A DNA stretch of 64,000 nucleotides from Guillardia theta CCMP2712 (lineage: Eukaryota; Protista; Cryptophyta): positions 649,882 through 713,881 of the forward strand of contig NW_005434663.1 of the NCBI RefSeq assembly GCF_000315625.1, in the 5' to 3' direction. Made by a program: the position numbers and the translations under genes. Of the stretch, positions 49,145 through 60,704 are shown piece by piece. The notes under the pieces were generated by a model. That model was not told the DNA's origin. It did not search any database and was given only the letters and a program-made list of their open reading frames with translations. The stretch's first letter is position 1. Each line of letters opens with the position of its first letter.

Positions 49145-50323
49145 CAAATCTGATGTAATGATGCTCGATTGAGTTTGTATTTTCTGTTCATCCAAGTCAC
49201 AAAAGCGACAGCCGTAACAGGTGCAGCAAAATCATAGATGAATGCGATGGGCAAGAGTCGGACAGACAGGTCACTGAGATGAGATGAGCACAATATCAGA
49301 GGGCAGGTCAGGAGGATTTCATGAATCAAGCACTCTCGTGAACGATAAAGAGGAGGGGTACAGCCTATCTTTCCTGGCGAACATCTAGTGCTTTCATCGT
49401 CTCAACTCAGTCATCAGACGACTCTTCCTACTCTTCCCGCCCTCCCACGTCCTTCTATCTCTCCTCTTCCTCATGTCCCTCTCACCATTGCTCTCCTCCC
49501 CTACGCGCTCCCGTCATCCCCCGCTCTACTCCCTCCTCTTTCTTCAGCCGCCATAACAACGGCACAAACCTCGTTGCAATGCATACCCCTACCCTCACGA
49601 AAATAGGCTACCCCTACCCTCTCGATTATTGCTCTACACCCCTAGAGTAACAAGACCAAAACTCAAGATGTCCATTACTATGCCTCATCAGTAATGATTT
49701 CATATGTATTGGAATAAGAAGAAGAGGCCATCTGTTAATATTGTGTTTCTTTCCTAGCCATGTTTGCTTTACTACCCCCTCCTTTGTGCAAATTATCCCT
49801 ACCCACTTGTGAAAAACCAATCATACCCCTACCTATCCAGGAACTAATTTCCCACCCCTACCCCCTGGCACACCCTGGCCGCCAAGCCCAAAAATCCAGC
49901 AAGACCAATCAAGCATGAAACAGTAAAGGATCCCATGAAACAAGATAGATACCCGTTCTTCTTTATCCTCCTCCCTTCTCCTCCTCCCTTGTCCTCGTCC
50001 TAGCTCCTGCTCTCATCCCTTCGCCAATGTTCTTCTTCCATCTCCTCATATCTGATCGTCCCCTCTACTCCCGTTCAGTTTCCATTTCCTCCCCTGCACA
50101 AGCTATCGAGCGCGTCCAATTCTCCGTGATTCTGCAGTCCGAACCTGAGTCGCAGGTTCCTCTGGCTCACGAGCTGGGGTCGTAGAGGAGGTTGACATTG
50201 TACCTCAGGCACAAGTGCAACCTTACACTTGTCATGCTATGGCTGAGAGAAGTCAAATTGTTACATTTTGCCGAATCTACATTGGGAGAAAAAGTGCAAA
50301 AAAACTAAAGGACAGCTGCCAAG

Positions 50324-52403
50324 TTATCTTTTCTGTCTCTTCGTTGACACTTCGTTGTGCTTGACATCTGACTTGACTCTTTTCTCATTCTCCTCGTTCT
50401 CGTCCCCGCTCTCCTCAAGCTGCTCACGACCAGCCTCATCTTCTTCATTGTCGGAGTGATCAGGAGCCACGAAGTTGAGCCCATGGGGGTTCAGCTCGAG
50501 CTTCGGCTTGAAGGCGTTTCTGCGGGGGTCAGGTCAGGTTAGCTTGCAAGCTCAGGGGAGGAGGCGACTGACCTAAGCTTCAAGAGCTTCTCCTTTGTTG
50601 CCGGCCACTTCTCGCTGCCCGCCTCGTTCTGCTCAACGTCAGAGCACTTGTAGCCTTCGCCTGCACGCCTGGAGACCTGGAGGAAGATGACGCTCGTGTC
50701 AAAAGGAGCGATCCTGTATCGGTTGATCCTGTCGTGCTGTGAGCCTTCGAAGTAGCCATGCTCTGCCTGCTTCACTTTCAAGTGCTGGATCGCCAAGTTC
50801 TGTCAGGGGGGCTGCCAAGTGAAACGGAAGAGAGGCTTACAGCTCTCTTGTACTCGCTGGAATACACCCTTCTCCAGCCGTTTTGATCTGGCAAGTATGG
50901 GATGATGATGATGAAGGACAGTGGCAAGGAGCTCTTGGAAAAGATGTCTTCCATGTGATCGATCTGACCAAAACAGTGACGCGAGGCTCGCTGACATCGA
51001 AGACATACCATCTTCAAGATTGTACCATCATCGAAGGGAGGGTTGGCCTCGAAACTTCCTTCCCTCGGGAAGAATTGAAAGAAAGAGCCTGTCGACAAGG
51101 TTACGACGTTCTTGAAGCAGACGGACAGCAAGGGGCACCAATGCTGCCGAAAATGTAGTCCGTGTCAAAGTGCGCAGAACAAAATCTTGAATAACGGCAG
51201 TTCATGGGCGAGGCAAAGCACTCCAACCAGCACCTTTCGGCATTGTTAAGCCTTCAAACAGACAGATAACCTCCTTTCCCACCCGAACTCCACCATCAGC
51301 GTGTCGAAACAACTTCCATGTATTGCAGCTTGAAAACCGCCAGCTTTGTAATGCCCCCCCTGAAACGACGAGTACCTGTAGAGCCAAGCTCATTCGGTTG
51401 CTGGGAGACTGGTGACTGATTCGATGCATTGGCTACCTTGCGAGCAAGCTGAAGATTGCGCAAGAGATGAAGCTTTCCGTCATATCTGAATGCTTCACGA
51501 ACCTATGCAGTACGAAATCATTTGAAAGAAAGAGAAACAAGATGACGACATTACCCAGAATGCTTCATCAATTCTTGTAACTTGACATAGTGATCGAAAT
51601 TCACTTCCATGGTAACCCCCGAGCATCTCAGCACATACTTGGTCCTCGTCTGCGTTCTCTACTCATGCATGTTTCAGTCCATCAGCAAAGTGTTACCCTT
51701 TCGCCCTCCTGCATGTCGACCCGCTTCACTTTCACTTTCCCACCTTTCCCCACCAGAGTTCTGCCAACTGTAGCCGCAGCCTTTCTCGCCCCTTTCCCTA
51801 TCGTCTCACAAATTTTCTCGGCCTACAACCAGCTCTCAGAAGGACCTCACAGCAGAGCGAGCGTACCTGCTTCGAAGATATGCCAGCTGCTTCCAGCTTC
51901 CTCTTGAGCTCCTCGTCCTTTTCATTCTCCTTGCCCAGTGGAAAAATGCCTGCCGGGCAAGTCGGGCATGCAGCGCGCCTGCTGTACAGCCATTTCTCGA
52001 ACTGCCTGGTCCACTTCGCTCCGAGTTTGTCACCACCCATCAACCGGAATTCCCCCGCCAGCTTGCTCATTTCTCTCCAACGGATCGCTTCTTCCACCGC
52101 CAGGCGCTGAACGTCTTTCAACAGGCTCCTCCTGTCATCTGGGTTTTGTGACAGCCTCGACAGTTGTGAGGACTCCTTGAGGAACTGATCCACCTTCCCC
52201 CCAACTTTGAACTCTTTGTTCCAAAGCACGCCATCGCCCGCTGTACTTGTTATGCTCTGCTCCCACAGTTGATCTCTGATGCGCGAGTTATCCGAGGATG
52301 CTGCTGTACTTGTCTTAACTGAGTTTTTCTTGTTCTTTAGCTGACTTATCGGCTCCTCTCGCATCTCGGCGAGCAGCCTCTCCAGCTCTTTGTCCTTGTT
52401 CAT
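50324..52403 (-). CDS. PCIF1: Cap-specific m6Am methyltransferase PCIF1/CAPAM homolog
   Basis: Spliced motifs [79 protein letters not shown] and HGYFEGSQH. Confidence 0.9.
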
Positions 52404-52889
52404 CGCCTCCTGTCATTCCACCCTTAACTCAACAGGCACCATCCAAGAATGATGAAAACAAAACAATCGAACTCATTCCTCGCATTTGTTCTACCTTCCT
52501 TACCCCGTTCTTTTTCTTTCCTCGTTCTTCTTCTTTCCTCACTCTCTACCTCTCCCTCTTTCTCCTCGCCCTCTCATCCTCTTAAGATGAATCTTTGCAT
52601 CCCTCCTCTGACATCCTTGCCCCTCTCCTTCACTCCATCTGCATGTTGTCCTACTTCAAGCGCGTCCTATTCCTCTCTGCAGCTCTCGCGTTCCTCTAAC
52701 GTTTCTTGCTTGCCCTCGAAGTAGAGATCGCCATAGTTGTCTTCACGTGCATTTCTCATATTCGAGCTCGCCTCAGATATATAATAGTCAATTTAGGAAG
52801 GGCAGATCATCGGATTGCTTTGCCAAAAATACCCTATATTTGGCAGATTGGTCATGAATATCAATCCAACCGGTACTCTCAGAGCAGAG

Positions 52890-53330
52890 CCTGATGAGGC
52901 TGACGGTCCGAGGCTCCGGCGGTGCCGACGGTCTCAGAGTCTGCGGCGGCGGCCAATAAGCTCTGCCCGGCGTCGCAGCGATCGTGACGGTCGCAGGCCG
53001 TCGCGCCTTATTGGTCGGGCCGCCGCTCACTGCCGCTCAGAGCCGGCCCCAGGCTGCTGGGCCGGCACTCAGGGCCCCGGCGGCCATTGATGCGGCGAGG
53101 GGTCCGAGGCCAGTGAAAGTTCCAGTGACATGCCCACGGCTGCGGGCCGGTACCTTGACGGTCGGCCCCGCCGGGCCCGGCCGCACGCGCGCCGGTGCCG
53201 TGACCGGGCCGGGCACCTGACTCCGTGTGCCACTGACGGTGAGGGCCAGTGCGCGGCCGGGCGGCGGCACTCAGGCCCGGGGTAGCGCGCGGCGGCCCTG
53301 CGCGGCGGCTGGCCCGGCCGGTCTGAGCGG
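52890..53330. promoter_or_regulatory. Long GC/CpG-rich core between divergent PCIF1 and NUFIP1 (candidate bidirectional promoter)
   Basis: Longest instance of the CCGG/GGCC/CACTGA island. Confidence 0.45.
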
Positions 53331-53358
53331 GGATGAGATCAAGGGGCGGATCAGAACA

Positions 53359-54606
53359 ATGAGCGAGGTGCCATGGTACTTGCAGCCGACATACACTGGC
53401 GAAGCGACGTCGATGGCAGGGCTGCCGTTCGGCATGTCGACAACGAGAGGTACGAAGCTGATAGCAAAGGCCAGAGAAGTTAGCTAGGGGCATGGCGATC
53501 GATCAGTCTTGATGTAGCAAGGGTTGGCGCGACTAGAAGAGTATACAAACATTCAGAGCTACCCTGCAAGTTGGGCAGGAAGAGAGTGAGGGCTGACTGA
53601 ATGAGTAAAGAGAAGAGGGAATATTTGTTTGTTTTGATGAAGGGAGCATGATAGCAGGGACGTGTTGGTGACGAGTGGCAATGTTTGGAAAGGAATGATG
53701 GTTTTGCGACTGAAGTTTTAAACAGGACCTCCGTCAGAGAAGAAGGAGGAGTACGTGTCCAACGATTACTTCTGCGATGCCTGTGAGAAAGATTTCAAAC
53801 TGTACGCGCACTACGAAGCGCACCTTGCAACGCACGTCCCTTGCTCCTTCCCTGGCTGCGTTTTCTTTGCTTCCCAGCGAATCGTCAAGGAGCATTACGC
53901 CAACACTCATGTAGGAGCCGGAAGTTTGAATGACAAGAAGAGGATGGCAAATTTTGACAGCCCTGAAGAAATCGAGAAGTGGCGCGAGGCAAGACGTCGG
54001 AACTGGCCATCAGCAACCAACATCTCCCGGAAACAGGAGGAGGAGCATGTGCGGAAAGCGCGAGGAGACTGCACGTCCTCGTCGCTGGACAAACGTAGGA
54101 AGGGACCGAACTGGGAGATCCGAGTGCCCAGAGACAGCACGTCCTCTAGGAAGACAGAAACGAAGCGCTCGGCCAACGTGTCGATGCTGCCCGGGGCGAA
54201 GGAGCAGAAATCGGAGGAAGGAGCCTGCGAGAGCCTGACTTCCCTCTTTTCCTATGGCTCGGACGAGTCAGAAGAAGCTCCGCCCGAGCAGGAAGCCATT
54301 GTTCGGGGAGAGGAGAAGTCGTCCTCCAAGGCCCAGGAGAGGGAGAGTGGAAGGGTGTGCAAGTATTTTGCAAGGGGGTATTGCTCCAAGGGAAAAGACT
54401 GTAGGTTTCAGCACGTGAAGCAGGAGCAGAAGCCGAACAGGAAGAAGGAGAGCGACAAGGAAGGGGAGTATGTGCCGCACTCGTGCATCAAGAGGAAGGG
54501 CCCGTCCCTCCTCGACAGGCTCCTGCAGAAGGACAACGAGAGGGATCAGCGGGTCGTCTTGCAGTGTATCCGACATCTCATACAGAGGGGACTGTTGGCC
54601 GCGTGA
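53359..54606 (+). CDS. NUFIP1: NUFIP1/Rsa1-family box C/D snoRNP assembly factor with C2H2 and CCCH zinc fingers
   Basis: Two C2H2 fingers, DSPEEIEKWREARRRNWPS (NUFIP1 core), CKYFARGYCSKGKDCRFQH and SLLDRLLQKDNERDQRVVLQCIRHLI. The 5' exons are uncertain. Confidence 0.88.
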
Positions 54607-54665
54607 CATGCGCTGTTGAAAGTCTTGCGCCTGAATGGAAGAGAAACTCTTTTAATGTACACATA

Positions 54666-57457
54666 TTACCCCAAGATGTTTTCCAGAGACGCCTTGTTGC
54701 CTCCTTTCTTCTTGGCGCTCTCCGGCTCGTAGGCAGGAGGAGGGACGATTGGCTGGGAGAGGTCTGACCGAGAAAGCTGATCCATGAGGTCCTGCGATCC
54801 TCTCACGCTTGCCCTCTCGACTGCCATGATTCTCTCTCACCTTTATGTAGAAACTTCGCTCGCCTGCTGTCTCCTTGTCCCCTGACGAGTCCTGATGCTC
54901 TCCCTTGAGTCCAGAGAGCAACAGGAAAGGGACGAGGAAGGGGGGAGTGGGAGGGAAGACGAGGGAAGTGCAAGAGCAAGGAGGGAAGGAATGATGTGGT
55001 GATCTTAGCGATTCGCATTGAAGGAAGGAAGACGAGGAGCCAGCGGCAGCACCCAGAGGAGAGAGGGGACGAGGAAGGGAAGGGAAGAGAAGAGCAACCA
55101 CCTCCATGACAGCCTTCAAGATTTGGACGGTCGCTTCCCGTATGTTGGGCATCATGTACATCTGGCAGCTTCTTCGCAGTCGCTCGCAGTCCTTGTACAA
55201 GGCTTCCTTCTTGGCTGGAAGCTGCGCAGTGTTCTTGAGGACTTTGGCCAAATCGCTCTGACACGCAAAGAAAGTGAATGACGGGGAGAAAGGAGAGTTG
55301 AACGATAACAAGGACAATGGAGGCGCGAGGAAGGGTAGGAGCAGGAGCCATCACAAAGGAAAAAAGGACAGTGGAATGTTGACGAACAAAACAAAGCTGC
55401 TTTTCTCTCACCTGAAGGGTTTCAGGAGAAGGAATTTGGCTGTCTTCTGCCATCAATCTTTGCTTCTTCTCCTTCTGCTGCTGAACTTTCAGATCCCAAC
55501 CTCCTCAGCTCCATCCAACACCTTCGCATCTCCCTCTGAGCTCCTCGCACTCAGCCCCAAGTTGATGAGTTCCACCATCTTGCAACGAGACTTGTCAACG
55601 ATCGCGGCATCACAGAGCGTCAGCTAAGACACCGGGGAAGTCAAGAGCAGCTTCGGTTGTAGCAGTCCTGCGTCAAGACATGGACGCGGGATGACCAGCA
55701 TGAGCTGAGAACGGAAGATGTTTAGGAGAAAGGAAGCGGGGGAGGGAGACATCAACCTGAAGTTGATTTGTCTTCTTCTCCGAGCTCGAATTTTCACTCG
55801 CAGGCTGGTTCGATGGGAGCAAAAAGCAGCTCCTGGCCTCGTCTCCCGCCTCCTTGCCTACGTTGCATCTCAGGTCAGTCCGTTAGCCAGGTTGGCGCGT
55901 CAAACACGCACCTTGGGCTCCAGGCAGGAGATGGCAGACAGCAACCTGGCGGCATCGTCAAGTTGTCACACGTCTCCTGCAAATCCTCACCAGCTCGTCG
56001 GCCAACAAGCTGTTGAGGAGGAAGTAGAGGAAGGAACAGTTCTGCTGGGGGGTTGCGTTGCTTCTGAGATCAGGAAAGACGATGTGTTTTGAGCTTATCT
56101 ACGCGAAGACTGTCACAAGATAATGGCAGCAGACACCAAGTGGTACGTCACCGGAAACTTGAACTGTGCGTAGTCACTCTTCACTTCAGTCACAAGAACG
56201 CTCTTTTGAATAAAGCTGTAGCACCAGCAAGTATTCAGCACGAACGGTCAGCTCAGCCGCCTGGATCACCCGCGGATGGCGATGAATGGCGGGACAGGGC
56301 CAGAGGATGGAGCATTCGGAACATCTGCACGAAGAACCATTAACAGAGGGAAGAATCACGATGAGCAAGGGACCACGAGAGCCCGTCATGCCATGAGAAC
56401 TTGAGTCCACGGCAAGGTTGGGGTCTGGGTAGAGGGTGATACTTGTCTACACTCAGCAGTGAGAAGGGCACAGGCACCCGAGGTGACATGGATCGAGAAC
56501 CTGGAAGTGACCGCAGACGATCATGCCTTGATACGGCTGGAAGAATCTCTTTGCTAGCATGGTGAAGGCATTCTTGTAGCCTCCAGTGTCCTGCGGCAGA
56601 ATCATGAGCACAGGATGGAGGAGAGGGTGCACGTGCGGAAGGATGACGAGAAGCGATTGAAAAGATAAGATGAAGAGAGAGCATGAGGGAGGGAGGGAGG
56701 GAGGAGATGGAGGGGAGGGAGGGGAGGGAGGGGAGGGGAGGGAGGGGAGGGAGGGGAGACGACAAGAAGATGAGGAGAGGCTAGGAGGACAAGTCGAGCA
56801 GCGAGAAAGAAAGGATGACATGCCTGGGGGACACGAACGCTGACAAACAGTCCCCGAGACCTAAACACAGCGTGTGAGCAAGAGGAATATGGGGAAACCT
56901 CGACCACCTCTCCGCAAGAGTTTGGTAGATCGAGCAGCGATGCAGCTCGTCGTCAGACCCCATGGCGATAATGTGAAAGACTATGGACTTGGGCAAGTGG
57001 TTCACAATGTCTCTCAGCTGCCTGAGCTCGGCAAATGACGGAGCCCCGTCCACGACTATCACCACTTGGCAGCCGACCGCTGAGACGCTGAACTTTTCCC
57101 TGAGCAAGCTGCATGCAGACTTCATCGCCTCTGTGACGTTGGCCGTGTCCTCGAGCTCGATGTCGTACAATGCAGTCCTCAGCTTCTTGTGGTCTGTCCT
57201 GGGATCGTCCTCGAAGGGCACCAAGACTTTGCAGGAGCTGGACATGGTCATGAGGCATACTGGCTCGAAGTCTTGGCTGTTCTCCAGCAGCTGCAGGAAA
57301 TGTAGTATTCCTATCAGTCCAAGTCAGCTGATAGCGCGTGGGCGAGGGGCGTCGTTGTACCTCGTTGTGCTACGTTCTGCCTGGTGGTTGAGTCGTCGGC
57401 AGGATCAGCGGGCCGCAGCAGCGAGGCAGAGCAATCAAGCAGGAGCACAGTGGGCAT
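54666..57457 (-). CDS. INTS14: Integrator complex subunit 14 (VWA9) homolog
   Basis: MPTVLLLDCSASLLRP...QNVAQRGILHFL...VLVPF...LRTALYDIELED...CQVVIVVDG and C-terminal DLAKVLKNTAQLPAKKEALYKDCERLRR are collinear with INTS14 family motifs as I recall them. Confidence 0.8.
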
Positions 57458-58317
57458 GATCAAGTGAGAGCAGCGGTCAGGCCGTTGGCCTCGGTGCTCA
57501 TTCCTGTCAAAAGCAAGTCAAGTCATCATGAAGAGCCCCTTCTTCTTTCATCCTTGAGCATCTACCCTTGGTTGTGTTTCGATCGTCTACCTTCGCTCTC
57601 CAGCTCACCCTCCCTGTCTCTCTCCCTCCTTCTCGTCTTGTCTGGTTCGTTCTCCTCTCTCCCCATCTTCACATGTTTGCATTCCATTCTTCCTCCTAAC
57701 GACCGTCCGGTCCGCTCCCCTCTAGCCTGAGTGCATTCCTCTTCAGATCCTGACCACCCCCTTGGAACAAAGGTCGTTTTGTGTGGGTCCTTGAAATAAA
57801 TGGGTCAAGGGAATAGATGAAGGGTGGGTACAAAAGGTAATTTGACCAGGTAGGTTTGAAAAAGAGGGGGTCCACACAGAATCGATAGGGGTGGTTTATT
57901 GGCGGGTAGGTGCGCGCATGGCAGATTGGCATGAGATGAAGGAGGAAGGGCGAGAGACGGGGAGGAGACGGAGGAGACGGAGGAGAAGGAAGAGGGTCTG
58001 GAGGAGGAGGCAGAGATGATATTAAGTAGACAGAAATCACCATGCATGATTCAAGATCGAGAGATGGTGAGAAGGGGGGTCTTGGAAGACTACTGGCTCC
58101 ATATTGTGTCATCCACATTGGATCCTTGCTGAAGATAGGACAAAGGTAGACAGGAAGATATCAAGAGTGGCTGTATGGATGTGTGAGTAGTGTGATTTTC
58201 ATGCTGTGATCAAGAACAGGAGCACCGTTGAACACAAAGACCGTGTGCACGCTTGAAAAGCGTAGGTGGAGATTTGAAATGAAGATCCCCCAGTAGAGCA
58301 GAGGTTGCTGTCTTTCG

Positions 58318-60662
58318 ATGGCTCCGAGGACACCACTGGATATGTATCATATCTTCGTTAAGACACTGTCGACAGGAGACTCCGATGGATCGTCTATGAT
58401 CATGGCCAGCGTCGAGAACACCCCTACCAAGAAGGCTGGTACCCCCTCCAGGGTGGCTGTGCTGGCGCAGGGGTTTGTCCAGCCCCGGCCGAGCTTCTTC
58501 CTCGATGAGGTGGAGTCAAGGTTCTTGGATCGATCTCCTCCCCCTCTCGTGTCTGACCCTGAGGCACCAGGAAGAAGGAGAGGTTCTGGCTGCCTGCCGA
58601 GGCTGGGAAGGGCTCCAGCCTTAAAGGGATGCGGATCTCGATCAACAACGAGCCGGCGGTGGGCGACTGGCCAAGGATCATCTACGACAGCGGGCCGAGC
58701 ATGCTCACGGGCTGGAGGCTGCGGCAGGTTGAGATCAGCCCTCCCTTCAGCTTCCCCGTGCCCGAGGGTTCCTACTTCGTGATCCTGTCCGAACCCAACT
58801 CGCAGCTCTCGCGCGACCGCCTGTGGCATCTGCACCAGCGGCGCACAGAGAAGTGGCACCGTTCTTCGAGCTTCCTCCTCCTCAGCTTCACGTTGATCAT
58901 CTTCGCCATGTACGTCTACTTCTTCCAAGTGTGGCCGGCTGTCAACAGCCTCTCCTCGCAAGCCCCCCTGAGATTCCCTCAAGTGCAGTGGAACGGGGAG
59001 ATGAGGACCCTGACGATCACCAAGAGTCCTTACCTCTTCTACATCCGCCTCCTCTGGACTGCCCTGGCCTGCTGTGTCTCCACTGTCTGCCTGCTCCGTG
59101 GGATGAGAGGGTTCGGGTTGTGGGGGAGGGCGACCCTTTGGTCCTTAGACGAGCATGAAGACGGGAACCTCCCCCCGTCAACCTTCACGTCGCCAAAGGA
59201 GACGCTGCCAAGTGCGATGGAAGGTGAGCTCTTGCTCTGTCGCTCCCAATGTGACGTCTCTCCTTGACACTCTCCCTGTCAGGCCCTCTGAATCGCTCCT
59301 TCGGATCCAAGAGCATGAACCGAAGCTTTGGAGAGCAAAGCTTGCTTGGGGGTATGGGGGTCCTGGGCTCTCCTCTCCCTGGCCCCAGCACCTCTCCTCT
59401 CGCTGCCATCAGTCGACGTGCAAACAACATCGTAATGTCACCGAGCAGAGGGATGTCCCTCAACCTGAGTGGGGGAAACCTCAGCTTCGGTTCACCCATC
59501 ACCTCAGCCGGCAACGACTTCCTAAGTAACCTGTCGCCGAACGGACGGAACATGTCGATGCAGAGGTGAGGGGGATGAAGCTTCTTCTGCTGGGCGATTG
59601 ACGTTTGCGGGCAGTCCTCCTCGATGCCACGTCACCTTCGGGCAAGTGACTTACGCTTCGCCTCTCTCCAGCCACGATTACCTGCAGGTTTGACAAGTTG
59701 GATTGCTCCGGCCGCACCAACTGATTGCCGTCCGCAGAAGAGCATCTCGCTGATGCAGACTCCCATGCGTGCTTCGGCCCTGGCCAACTCATCAGTGCGG
59801 TGAGAGGAGAAGCAGGTGAAGGAGGAGAAACTCACGACAGCTTCTGTCAGTTCTCCGACCCCCATCCTCCTACAAGAGCAGAGCAAGCCCTTCGACGAAT
59901 GGTGCAGCGCTCGCAGGTCGGACGAGAAGATTTCTCCTTGCTATTCCTGTGCATCACCACGTGATTTTAGGGTGCGCCTGGATGACTCGAGCCTTGCGCA
60001 AGACTTACGTCGGAAGACGAGGATCGCTGGAGGCGCGTCCTACGGCAACATGACTGGGTTCGGTCTTAGCGGAAGCGTAATGAGCCTAGGAGGGAGCCCG
60101 AGCTCCTTCCTCTCTCCCAACAACACCAGCTCTGTGTCAAGGTATCTTCCTTTCCCCCCTTACAACAACTGACGAGAGGCAACAGCGTCCTGGACTCCAC
60201 CAGGAAGCCGGTAGACAAGAACTATGCATGGTGGCTTCAGGTTCAGACGCAAGCTCTTCTTCCCGTCCATGCTAACTGTCTGTCGTCCCGCTCAGCATTC
60301 CAATGGTGTGCTGGAATACTGCTCCCGAGTGATCAACGAGAAACTTCAATGTGGGCAGAACGTCAAAGCTGACCTTAGCCCGCACGAGATCCTCAAAAAG
60401 AGCTCCCGTGGAATCCGCCAGTGGATTGCAGTGCAGGTGCTGGGGCATGTGGTCGAACTGCTCCAGCAAGTCGATCTGGACACCGTGAGGGGATACAACA
60501 AGCCTGCTGCTCAAGCGCAGGCCCCTGCTGCTCCCTCTCCCTCCATGCCAGCACCTTCTCCCTTTGGTGAGTAGGTGGATGGGTAAAGTAGTTCGATGAC
60601 AATCTGAGCAGGAGGTGCCACTGGGTCGCTGTCCTCGCCCTTCGGGTTGGCTTCCAGTCCCT

Positions 60663-60704
<42 letters not shown>

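Noticed and set aside
52788-53493. Gly/Pro/Arg/Ala-rich ORFs in GC islands (also 46164-46514 and 20304-20489)
   Set aside because: Stop-poor GC sequence with no protein motifs.
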